From Octopus bimaculoides (Eukaryota): a stretch of DNA of 36,005 nucleotides. The notes below the pieces were generated by a model. It was not told where the DNA came from and searched no databases. It saw nothing but the letters and a program-made list of their open reading frames with translations. Positions 22,092 through 33,100 of the stretch are shown one piece after another. Where the stretch lies: positions 64,545,886 to 64,581,890 of the forward strand of contig NC_068985.1 of assembly GCF_001194135.2 (NCBI RefSeq), read 5' to 3'. A program made the position numbers and the translations under genes. The first letter of the stretch is position 1. Every line of letters begins with the position of its first letter.

Positions 22092-22704
22092 GAGTGAGAG
22101 AGCAGTGCATGCCATCAAAGTGACACTGGGGTAAAATATACGAAGCCCATTATACCCATCATGACTACCCGTCTGATAAGGGTACACCAGACACATGCAT
22201 CACAACCATATGTGCGTGACATGGTGATCTCATATCAAGATAAATAGCGCATGACTTCGTAGGTGGGGCCCAGTTAAAATTTTCTTCAGGTTGAGTAGCC
22301 CATCGCACTCAAAAGGTACCTGAATAAGATTTGTTTCAGGATGTTGAGTAAAACAACCATGTTTCCAAAGGTGAATTATTCAAACCCCAAATAATTCCTC
22401 TCAACACATGGCTATGATGTTCCCCCACTACTTCTGCTCATGATCAGAGATGCACATATCATCAGCCACCAAGGGACATGCTCAACTGGTTAAGGTCAAA
22501 CAACCAACAAGCAAATCTGTGGTATTGAGTAGAATATTTGCTGTAGCCCATCTTTTTATACCAAGACAAAACAATGTACATAACACTTCCAATCAATTAA
22601 GATCAGAAGCCATGAAAGCCACTGTTTGGTACTGCATCCAGGCATAGCCACTGCCTGGTACTGCATCCGGGCATGGCCACTACCTTTTCCGGATGCAGTA
22701 CCAG
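22092..22704 (-). mobile_element. Family X retroposon, copy 3 (about 610 bp, longest)
   Basis: Flanked by (ATT)n at 22066-22091 and 22705-22766. No ORF and no recognisable Pol III A/B boxes. The 5' end has a 28-bp tandem repeat and a 16-bp hairpin. Confidence 0.88.
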
Positions 22705-22766
<62 letters not shown>

Positions 22767-22778
22767 CATCATCATTAT
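22705..22778. repeat. (ATT)n/(CAT)n microsatellite
   Basis: Direct reading; forms the tail of the Dong copy at 22779. Confidence 0.95.
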
Positions 22779-24441
22779 CTTTTGCATTGTATTTGTACAA
22801 GTTGACTCCAAGTCTCGTCCAGAGACCTCAAGAGATAACAAGTTAGAAGTTCAAGTTGGTATTATGCCTGGGGTGTCATATATTTGGTTTTGCATATAGT
22901 ATTCTTGTAGAGAATGTTTAAGAAAACTATAAGAAAAATTATAAGTTTCTTTTAAAATTTGAGATTACATAGACTGTATTTTACATAGGATCTGGGCAGT
23001 TCCCATGAACACTATCTTTTGGATTTCTGCCATTTTAAGGTTTCCTGGTATCTGGGCTAGGTAGGAATCAGCCCCTTTTGCCATCATTCCTAGGGCACCT
23101 ATGACAACAGGCTTTGTTTTAGTCTTGAGGTTTCACATTTTGCCAATTTCTATTTCAAGATCTTTATATTTGCTCAGTTTTTGGTAGGTCTTGACAGATA
23201 CATTTATGTCGATTGGGACAGTCATATCAATGAGGAGACATGCTTTTTGTTTGAAGTCTTTCAATATAATGTCTGGCCTATTCACATCTATCTTTCTGTC
23301 AGTTTGAACAGTGAAGTTTCAAAGGAGTGAGATGCGATCATTTTCAAGCACTAGAGGTGGTTTGTGTTCCCACCAGTTTTTATCATTGGCAGGTCCAGAT
23401 TTTTGCAAATTACCCAGTGAATACTGTGCTGCTTTATCATGCCTATTGAGATACTCTGTAGGCGCAAGAAGACTGCACATGGAGACAACATGATCAATGG
23501 TTTCATTTTGTTGTTTACATACACGACATGTTGGGCTACTGCCGTTCTTTAATACGTTGGCCTGATAGTTCCTTGTAGGTAGGCATTGATCTTGAGCTGC
23601 TATGATAAACCCTTCTGTTTCTGATTTTAAGCCAGAAGACACTGACCATTAATAGGTAAGGGCTTTGTCAACATCGCATTATTAGCTCTCTTTGGGTATT
23701 TGCCATTGAGAGGCTTTTCCCACAATGTCTTATACTTCTTACTTTCTAGAACTTGTCTAGGTTCATGTTCATATCACTTATCAGTATGGTAAAATCCTAG
23801 CTTTCTACATAACTCCCACTGGATTATTCTCCTTAGGTTGTCATGTCTATTCTTGTATTCTTTCTGTGCTAGCATGCTATCCATTTATCAGTAAGAATAT
23901 CTAAGGCAGCAGTTTTAGCACGGGTTTTCATACACTTAGCTTTTTTTGTGCTTGTTTCCAGTACTCTAATTCTGGGATTTGTTGTATTTGGAATTCACTT
24001 AAATATTCCTTTGCCTGTTTTGATACTGAGTATAATGCTTTCTTGTATTCATGCTTTAAAACAAGTTTTAACATCTGGATGTTAAAATCATCAGTGTTTT
24101 TCAGATAGGTGTTGAAGCCAATTGTGGCAATCTTTATTGTTAGTTCCAGTTCCAGTTGTAAAAGTCCATGGCCACCCTCTTTTCTTGGCAAATAAGTCAT
24201 TCTGTATCTACCTCAGGGTGATGCATTCTATGCATTGTCAACAATTTTTGTGTTTTTCTGCCAAGATTACATATTTCAGTAACTGACCAGTTAATGATAT
24301 TGAAACTGTAAGTCATGACTGGTATGGCTAAAGTATTGATTACTTCGATCCTGTTTCTTGCATTCTGCTCTGTCTTGAGTATTGCCCTTGTCCTGCGATA
24401 ACATTCTCTTCTGATTCTTTCCCTCATCATTGAATGTTTGA
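22779..24441 (-). mobile_element. R4-clade (Dong-like) LINE, 5'-truncated: post-RT region, zinc knuckle, complete RLE and 3' UTR
   Basis: Motifs YLPRKEGGHGL, SSGLKSETEGFIIAAQDQ, CRVCKQQNETIDHVVSMC..EYLNRHD, DRKIDVNRPDII..CLLID, KYKDLEIEI, VVIGALG and EIQKIVFMGT. Confidence 0.92.
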
Positions 24442-24570
24442 TTCTTCTTCTTCTTCTTCTTCTTTTTCTTCTTCTTCTTCTTCTTCTTCTTCTTCTTCTT
24501 CTTCTTCTTCTTCTTCTTCTTCTTCTTCNNNNNNNNNNNNNNNNNNNNNNNNNNNNNNNNNNTTCTTCTT
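24442..24570. repeat. (CTT)n microsatellite (contains gap 24529-24562)
   Basis: Direct reading; lies between two Dong copies. Confidence 0.95.
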
Positions 24571-26020
24571 TCATTTACGCACAACAGATTAGACTCTTGA
24601 AAAAAAGATTCCTAACATTGGGCTATAAGAACTTTAGAAGTCAAGAACCTTTCTAAGTATCCTAGCTGTCCCTAATAATACTGTTTTCCGGAGCTGTACT
24701 AAACTAGGTTTTATGCCTATTTCCTCTATCCATCTGTTCAAATCTTTAGGAATAGTTCCTAATGTACCTATAACTGCATTTTACCTGCACTATTAAATCA
24801 GGCATTCTATCATTCTGTCTGAATATTAAAATCCCACAACGTCTTATACTTCTTACTTTCTAGAACTTGTCTAGGTTCATGTTCATATCACTTATCAGTA
24901 TGGTAAAATCCTAGCTTTCTACATAACTCCCAGTGGATTATTCTCCCTAGGTTGTCATGTCTGTTCTTGTGTTCTTTCTGTGCTAGCATACTACATTCAC
25001 TAACAATATGAGTAACATTTTCCTCTTTTGATTTACATAACCTACATTGGGAATCTACCTGATTTTTGTCTATCTTAGCTTTTATCTAGCCAGTCCTCAA
25101 TGCCTTATCTTGTGTTACTGCTAACAAACTTTCTGTTTCTCTTTTCAGCCTTCCTTTCTGCAACCACAATCATACATGTCTCACTATTGTTATTTTATGC
25201 AACTATCTTTGGAAATCTACCATGTAAAGTCTTCTCTTGTCAATCAGATAATTTTGTTTCTTTTTTTCTTATTTTTAACTACATTTGACTTTTTGGTTTC
25301 CCTATCTCCTTCTGTTACACTAGCAGCTCTTAATAAAATTTCTTCATTATTACCTACATAGGGGGCTATATCTACTCTAGTAAACTCTACATACTCTTCT
25401 ACTGATATTAAATCTCAGAAACCTTACTTTCTGGGCAAATACAATTTGTTGTTCTTGCTCTAGGATGAAATCCTGCACTCATATTGAATTCCTTTCTAGT
25501 TCTGTCTAGATTTGCTAATTCAGATTTTGTCCAGTCTACATAAGCTGCTGAATATCTAAGCAATGGTACTGCCTAAGTATTTACAACTTCACTCAATTTG
25601 GACCATTTTACTTTGACTTCATTAACTTCCTCACCCTTCTGATGTGATTCTCAATTTTCTCTTTCATTTCTATAGTTATTACTCTGTCAGATCCTAGATT
25701 TTAATGTCTGGCCATCAGATAACTTAATGTCTTTACTGCTGACTACATTTTATGACTAATGTTGTACTCTTATCCTCGCCAAATTCCATACCTATTTCTA
25801 TGTTAAATAATCTATCTTATTTTTTTTAATTCTTGCTAAAAAGCTTCAAATCATCTGTGTTGAGCAAATGTTGTACATCATTCCTATAAGTTTAATGTTA
25901 TTTATCTTGTTACATATTGTTATATATTGTGCATTTGCTATCTTTACATAGATAAACATATAGCCATGACAACGAAACATCATTCCACACCTCACCAACA
26001 AAATCACTGTAAGTGATCTT
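24571..26020 (-). mobile_element. R4-clade (Dong-like) LINE family 2, heavily deleted copy
   Basis: Colinear in blocks with 15355-16150 and 18127-18780 (for example TCCCTAATAA.ACTGTTTTC.GGAGC and CTAGCAGCT.TTAATAAA). C-terminal LRKTVLLGTARILRKVL. Confidence 0.88.
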
Positions 26021-26039
26021 TTCCGCATCTGTTCCTGAA

Positions 26040-27560
26040 TCTTACATGGCCTTGCTTAGGATAGGCAGTATGTGGCCTGGGGTTGCCTTGGAAACAAGAC
26101 CAGCTACTAAATGATCTCAGGACACCAAGTGTTGCTGTAGTGGCTATCAGTGAAACCAGATTCTCCAACTAACAAACGTTCATGCCCATTTTTGGTGGAT
26201 ACAAGATATATTTATCTCCATGCCAACTGGGAATGGGAAGTAGGCCAATAGATAAGGATAGTGTACGTTGTCCACTTTTCAAAATCGTAAGCAACACAGA
26301 TTGCGTGCCCCTGGGCTGACTCATGTGCGGGTGACACATGAGGTTTTTCGAGTGGGATCGTTGCCAGTGCCCCNNNNNNNNNNNNNNNNNNNNNNNNNNN
26401 NNNNNNNNNNNNNNNNNNNNNNNNNNNNNNNNNNNNNNNNNNNNNNNNNNNNNNNNNNNNNNNNNNNNNNNNNAAATCGTCCAACTCATGCTAGCATGGA
26501 AAGCGGACGTTAAACGACGATGACGACGATGGTTGACCTCAATAGGCTAAGAAGACAGGGACCCACTTACTGAAAACTGATCGCATCATTCACGGTGTGT
26601 CAAGATTAGCGAATTAGTTAAGCAGATGTTGTCAAAGACAGTCATCAGTGAGAAATGGTGGTGTACCCTGAAAAGGGCAATTAAAGTAGAACGAGTTAGG
26701 TTTAGTAAGGCATTAGTAATAGAAAGAAATAACTTATAAGAGGTGCTTAGGAAAGGCATTGCATTTGATGGGCTGGCCACAAAATTGGCTCTGGACCAAT
26801 TCTTCAATGCTAAACATAAAGGCTGCATTGTGGAGCTAAGGTGCATGCTCTAAGACAAGAAGTGAAAGCCACTCAATAGTCCCAAGTGGCAGGGGCGCAA
26901 CGTGGCAATAAATCCATAATTTGGTCTTTGGTGAACCAAAATGGTTGGGCAGAGGTGATGAATACTTACATCACTTCTGTCATATATTACTGCCTGATCA
27001 TCCTGCCTTGTCCCAATTTACGTCTGACCAAACTGGAGTGCATATTCTTCCACTTTCTGTGGATGCGATGCGTTCCACTGGTCAGGCCTTCTATTTGCTC
27101 TCAACACCCGCTGAATGGAGGACTGGGCATGTCATGGCTGCTGATATGCAGACATGCTCTGAGGCTGCGACATCTCCAGACAGTGAGTAGGTGGGTTACC
27201 GTTTGTCAGACAGGATTTTCCACAGTTCATCTCTTTATCTGAACTGCAGTCCTGGATCGAGCGTAGACTTAGGCAGGGCACCAGACACCTAGAGTGTCAT
27301 CAGGCACCACAGCCCTCAACTAGTCGGGCAATGTGGTCGGTGTAAGTTCCACTCAAACGTTTTATTGAGGGTTAGTGACAAGCAAGTGCGATGGCATTTT
27401 CAGGGAGACTCTGGGCATTGACGAGAATGAGCTGGCTGGTCTGTTCCAGCAACTATGGGTAACTTCCAAAAATCCTTGGCCTGGCAGTGCCTCCGGGATC
27501 CATTGCCAGTTCAAGGATAAACTCCATAAGCATGGAAGTGCCATCAGCCGGGTCACATAC
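26040..27560 (+). mobile_element. Tx1/L1-clade LINE copy C: APE start, tether and post-RT region; entire RT deleted
   Basis: MALLRIG..VAVVAISETR, GPTY*KL, KWWCTLKRAIK, SVIYYCL..FFHFLW..QHPLNGGLG and QKSLAWQC..DKLHKHG are homologous to copies A, B and D. Confidence 0.75.
26303..26531 (+). mobile_element. RTE 3'-UTR fragment inside Tx1 copy C
   Basis: Ends AAATCGTCCAACTCATGCTAGCATGGAAAGCGGACGTTAAACGACGATGACGACGAT, the reverse complement of about 16160-16225. Contains gap 26374-26473; the left boundary is approximate. Confidence 0.85.
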
Positions 27561-29212
27561 TATTTAGTACTATTTAAAAAAATTTCGTATGTTAGATTTT
27601 CAAGCAATTTTTTTTCAAGGAAACCACTGACTGTTTTTTTAATGTCCCTAGTGTTCCAATCACAAATGGTATTGTTTCCATCTTCAGGTGCCACATTCTA
27701 CTTATTTCAGTTCAAAGTCTTTATATATTGGCCAACTCTGTCACATCTAGGTTTGTATTTAGTTGTAGCCAAGATTGAGCATTCAGATGTTATATGGTCA
27801 ATTGTTTTGTCATGGGTGTCACGGACTCTGCACTTGAAGTGTGCTCCAGTTTTGAGGTTGTTAGCTAGGTAACTTTTTGCTGTCATCCTATGCATTTTGT
27901 TTGCCTTTATTGGTATTAGGTCATCTTCATTAAGGTTTTCTATTTCTGTTATGTGTAACTCTGCCCTATATTTCCTAGCTTCTCATATCATCGCCCAGTC
28001 ATTAGTCTTGCTTAAGTACTTCTGTCAACTAATTGTAGTTGTTTTATATGAGAATTCTAGTTAGATCAGCCCTCTTCCACCTTCTTTCCTTAGGCAGAGG
28101 CAGCCAATATCTGCCTTTGGGTAGTGCATTTTATTGGTAATTAGGAGTTTTCTGGTTTTTGTGTTCATTCTTTGTAGATCAGCTAGGCTTCAGCTGATGG
28201 CATTGAAACCATATTGTACAATATGCTAATGTGTTAATAGCATCTATGTGGTTCTTGGAATTCAGTTCAGTTTCCATGACTAACCTTACTATTCCGTAGT
28301 GCTCTTTTTGAATCTTCATTTGTGCATGCTGAATACCATCACTCTTAATAACTCCAAGATTCTCCTGGATCTAGTTCTTCTATGGTTGTATCTAAATCAA
28401 GATGAATAGATGATGTCAGTTTTCCCTTTTAAAAGTTGGTTTTGCACATTTATCGAGATCAAGATCTATACCAATATCATTAATGAACTGTTTTCCCATT
28501 GATAAAGGTCCTTCTAATTCATGGTTACTCCTAGTATACAACTTTAATTGTTCATGGTTGATCAGAATACTGTTGTAATCACTAAGTATGTGTTATTTAG
28601 TTTGTTTGAAAGGAGAGACAAGTGTAATACAGAACAAGAGTGGTAAGAAGAAGTCTCCTTGGAAAATTCCAGTTTATTTTGATTTTACTACATTGCATGA
28701 CTCCATTGATGTGGTTAAGAAAAGTGATGTCAACCACTTGGTTATACTACATCAAAGAAAATCTGTGATGACTGAAGAAATTTTGTATATGTCCAGAGCT
28801 TTCATCATCAATTCATGGATTTGCTATCAAAAGCTTTCTTGTAGTCGATCCATGCAGTGGTCTAATTCTTTTTTTTTTTTTTTTTTTTTCTGTGACAGTT
28901 TTCAAGAAACACCCTCTTAATCAGTAATTGATCTTTACAATCACAGAACATTTGCTTGCCACCTTTTTGTTCTTGTGCTTTGGTTGTATTTTCTTTGAGA
29001 AAGTGATAATTTTTTCTGTCAGCATTAAATTTTTAATCTTGTAGGTAGGTTGTGCCTGCCTGGAAAATTTTGTTTTGTCTGTAAAACTTAGTTTCTTAGC
29101 AAACCTCCTGATCTATTGCACTTCCACCTGAGTACACTGCTTTAGAATCTCCTGGATGGTAAGAGAGTGTCTTGGTTAGCGATTTTATATTTTCTTTTCG
29201 CTGTTGTCACCC
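27560..29212 (-). mobile_element. R4-clade (Dong-like) LINE, old degraded copy
   Basis: Motifs QEQKGG..CKDQLLI, AWIDYKKAFDS, GIFQGDFFLPLLFC, LKLY..DIGIDLDLDKCAK, LRKEGGRGL, TIDHITSECSILA..DRVGQY and FVIGTLG. Confidence 0.8.
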
Positions 29213-29226
29213 TTCTTCTTCTTCTT

Positions 29227-29315
<89 letters not shown>
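29213..29315. repeat. Compound (CTT)n(AGT)n microsatellite
   Basis: Direct reading. Confidence 0.97.
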
Positions 29316-29759
29316 AGTGGCAAAATCGTTAGAGCATTGGACAGAGTGTCGCACAGTATCTGTTCCAGCTCTTTACCTTCTGAGAAAAAATTTAGACGTC
29401 ATCGACTTTGCTTTCAATCCTTCAAAAGTCGGTATATTTAAGAACTAATCTAGACTGGGGTCAATTTCAAATTTGCAGCCTTCTGCTTATGCAGCAAAGG
29501 ATCATTTTGTTTAATTCCTTAGGTAATGTTTTTCCCCTCATACTCACACAGACAGGTGAAGGTGAAATAAACATCAGAGATACTTTGTCCCTCGCAGAAA
29601 CTGCAGGAGGTAACTTGGAGATATTGCAAGCTCTTCTGATAGTGATTAAAGTCACTACAATGTTGGAAACCCTTCCATATCTTCAGCAGGTATCTCAGAT
29701 TCACAAGCATTTCCCCCATTAGCCTATACATTTTGCCTGAGTGGGTCAATGAGACTGAA

Positions 29760-30362
29760 TTAGTCTTTGCCTGTAGAGAGGTTCTATTTCTGGTCTTTTA
29801 CCAACCACAGCCACCTTAAACCAGTTTTAGCAGCCATTGCTATTTCTTTGGTGGTTTACTTCAGTTGTTTGTGTTCCAAACCAATCCTCAACAGGAAATT
29901 GTACACTGATCTTGCTGGAATGTTACGACAGCCATCTTCAGTATGGATTGAGGCCACGTGCCATTCTTTGGCAAGCGCCTCATCAACCAAGTCCTGATAT
30001 TTTACTTTCTCCAGTCATTGAGAAATGTCAAGTCTGCCTTCCCCAAGGTACTGTGGCTTCAGCCATGATGATTGTTTTTACATTCCCAGATACCAGGAAC
30101 ATATCTGGTCAAAGCGATCTTACTAACTCCTCTTCTGCTAAGTTGAGTCTACTTTTCAGATCCATTTTCATCTTCCAGTCTGATGCTGGACCAAAACAAT
30201 ACAAAAGTTGTCAAATTACTTTCGTTTTAGGACCCTTATCACTTTCCCTAAAAGATCTGATACACTTAGGTAGTGATGGCTATTGTTTGTTAACCGAAAA
30301 TCTCCATAGGTTTGTCCATTTGGCAATTTCTGCAAGGACCTCGTCATGTCTCCATTTATGTG
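29760..30362 (-). mobile_element. HERO-clade (RLE-type) LINE, 3' fragment
   Basis: Minus-strand YKWRHDEVLAEIA, DWKMKMDLKSRL..VRSL*PDMFLVS..KTIIMAEATVPW and EDGCRNIPARSV..LLRIGL..AAKTGLRWLWL match the HERO pattern RY.WRHD / LRPD..ELTVPWE / EVGCRGF / S.WLW. Confidence 0.78.
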
Positions 30363-30367
30363 GGTAT

Positions 30368-30729
30368 AGTGCAAGCGTAGCTGCGTAGTAAGAAGTTTGT
30401 TTCCCAACCACATAGTTCTGCATTCAGTCCCACTGCATGGTACCTTGGGCAAATATCTTCTGCTATAGCCCAGTGCTGACCAAAGCCTTGTGAGTGGATC
30501 TGGTAGGTGGAAACTGAAAGACGCCTGTTACATATATGTGCATGTATGTCTTTGTGTTTGTTACCCCATCCCTGACAACCAGTAATGGTTTGTTTACATC
30601 AGCAAAAGAGACAATAGAATAAGTACCAAACTTTAAAAAGTACTAGGATCAATTTATTCAAGCAAAACACTTGAAGGTGATTCTTCAGCATGGCTGCTGT
30701 CTAATGACTAAAACAAGTGAAAGATAAAA
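30368..30729 (+). mobile_element. CORE-type SINE (OR1/OR2-like), diverged
   Basis: CAACCACATAGTTCTGCATTCAGTCCCACTGCATGGTACCTTGGGCAAAT...CAAAGCCTTGTGAGTGGATCTGGTAG, with tail AAACAAGTGAAAGATAAAA. Homologous to 21081-21448. Confidence 0.8.
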
Positions 30730-31241
30730 TTCTGATTCATATGGAATGCATTCACTTATCGAAATTCACTTTGAGAGACGCATGTGCGAGACCATCACAC
30801 ACATATGTACACACACACACACACACACACACATATGCACATACACATTCAGCACTAAGCAACGTTTAAGCATAAGCGTACTTTAGGTGGGTTAAAATAT
30901 ATTTGTGTCATGTTTCAACTTCTAAAAGCAAATTCACTACAGTTGCCGTGCAGAAAAAATTCTCTCTTATGGGTAAAAGGAGTAAAAACAACACATCTGC
31001 CCAGTGCTGCCCGCTATCGGATTCCTAGACCCATTTCTAGCTCTTTAGTCGTTATCGATGGGAAATACTGAAGGGAGATGACTTTGGGGAGATTTTAAAG
31101 CTGTAGCTTTGACTAAAACACAATCAACAATATTGACCATGTTTCGCCAGGTCGGAAGAAACTCAGCAGTATCAACATCAAGCAGTGTTTAGGCACAAGC
31201 AAACTTTAGGTGAGTTAGAATATGTCTGTGACATATTTCAA

Positions 31242-31275
<34 letters not shown>

Positions 31276-31285
31276 NNNNNNNNNN

Positions 31286-31319
<34 letters not shown>

Positions 31320-31950
31320 GTATGTACACACAGATAATCACAGATACATTCATACACACACGTACACACATTCACAAACACATATCCCCGGGCCTCCAAA
31401 TCTGTTACATCATGGATCCACATCTAAAAAATTCCCACACCAAGGCAAGCTTGATGCGAGAATTTTCACAGAAGATCAGCAGATGGTAGATGTGTCTTAT
31501 CTCTTGAATCCACAGGTATTGTTCAAAAGAATGGCAGATGATATTAAATCCGGGCACCAGTGGTGATGCAGGCGTTTACTTCATAACACAAAGAATCGTA
31601 ACTTATCACATCCCACCCAATTCTTTACAATTAGACCAAATCGCCAGACCAGAACCATTTATCAACTTCAAGAAAAATGAAAATTAAAATTGACCTCGGT
31701 AGGAGAGAACTGACGTAAAAATGTTAAGACATTCTACTTGACGTTCTCACCAGGGTATCTTATTTCGCTAGGTGTCACACGGTTTTCAATTCAAATAATT
31801 CAACTGATATCAGTGACAATTCGTGTCAGTTGGGAGGAGACCGAGTGACACACTGGAAATTACTGGTCTAACATAGATAAATAGAGAGATGGAGAAAGAT
31901 AGATAAATAGATAGATAGATAAACAGACAGATAAAACACAGGTGTATGTT

Positions 31951-32132
31951 TGCAGGAGTGACTGTGTGGTAAATCGCTTGCTTACCAACCACGCGGTTCC
32001 GGGTTCAGTCCCACTGCGTGGCAACTTGGGCAAGTGTCTTCTACTATAGCCTCGGGCCAACCAAAACCTTAAGTGTATTTGGTACACGGAAACTGAAAGA
32101 AGCCTGTCATATGTATATGTGTTTGTGTGTCT
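31951..32132 (+). mobile_element. CORE-type SINE (OR1/OR2-like), 5' half, cut by gap 32133-32330
   Basis: TGCAGGAGTGACTGTGTGGTAAATCGCTTGCTTACCAACCACGCGGTTCCGGGTTCAGTCCCACTGCGTGGCAACTTGGGCAAGTGTCTTCTAC. Confidence 0.85.
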
Positions 32133-32409
32133 NNNNNNNNNNNNNNNNNNNNNNNNNNNNNNNNNNNNNNNNNNNNNNNNNNNNNNNNNNNNNNNNNNNN
32201 NNNNNNNNNNNNNNNNNNNNNNNNNNNNNNNNNNNNNNNNNNNNNNNNNNNNNNNNNNNNNNNNNNNNNNNNNNNNNNNNNNNNNNNNNNNNNNNNNNNN
32301 NNNNNNNNNNNNNNNNNNNNNNNNNNNNNNTATATATATATATATATATATATATGGGAGAATATACAAATAATAACAACAGACGAGGACAGGTGGTGTA
32401 AATAACAAA

Positions 32410-32665
32410 AGTATATATTAGTATGACGCTCGGGAATACGGAAAGTCTTTGACGTTTCGAGCTACGCTCTTCAACAGAAAGAATACGGAGACAAGGAGAA
32501 AAACACGGAGAAAAAAATTGAATAGTGTTCAAAAACAACAACAAAAGTCAGAGAGAAGTGAAGGAACAACGAACATGGTGTATTAGTTTAACACTAAAAT
32601 AAAATAGGAGAGTCTTTACCGTTTCAAACATTTGCTCTTGTACAGAAAGGAATGAAGAGAGAAAA
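32410..32665 (-). mobile_element. Tandem hammerhead-like motif, probably a Penelope-like element terminal-repeat remnant
   Basis: Minus strand 32477-32451 reads CTGTTGA-A-GAGC-GTA-GCTC-GAAA-CGTC. A second, degraded unit lies 167 bp away (AGTCTTT at 32444 and 32611). No GIY-YIG or RT ORF seen. Confidence 0.5.
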
Positions 32666-33048
32666 CAGATGAAGAAAGGGGGGAAATGGAAAGAAAAAGA
32701 AAAGAACCTGTCTGGATTACCGGTAGCACACGTTGAACTGACCGTTAGGAAGGATGTGGATGGAGACAAGGGTGGAAAGGGAGACAACAGTGACATAGCT
32801 AAAGTGTGTGCGCGCAAGCATGTGTGTATATGTGAGAATAATGTCTGCATGTTTATATGTGTGTATGAGTGAGCGCGTGATATGTATGTCTGGTCAAGCA
32901 CGTGTGTGAGTATGAAGATTATGAGAGCGTTAGTATGTATACGTAGGGGAGCGTGAGTGTGTGTATGTGTGAGTAAACAAGTACATGGCCGTGTGTGGAG
33001 CGATGTTTTTTATATTTTTAGTTTTATCATTTTATTACCATTATGTTT

Positions 33049-33062
33049 ATTACTTATTATTG

Positions 33063-33098
<36 letters not shown>
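33049..33098. repeat. (ATT)n with GTT variants, directly 5' of Tx1 copy D
   Basis: Direct reading. Confidence 0.92.

Positions 33099-33099
<1 letters not shown>

Positions 33100-33100
<1 letters not shown>

Noticed and set aside
31045-31215. Possible plus-strand exon ending at AG/GTGAGT
   Set aside because: Stops occur in all three frames; it could only be non-coding and has no other support.
31640-31750. Very degraded minus-strand copy of the 3475-type SINE
   Set aside because: Only short patches (ATGAAA..AAATTGACCTCGG) match, too weak to call.
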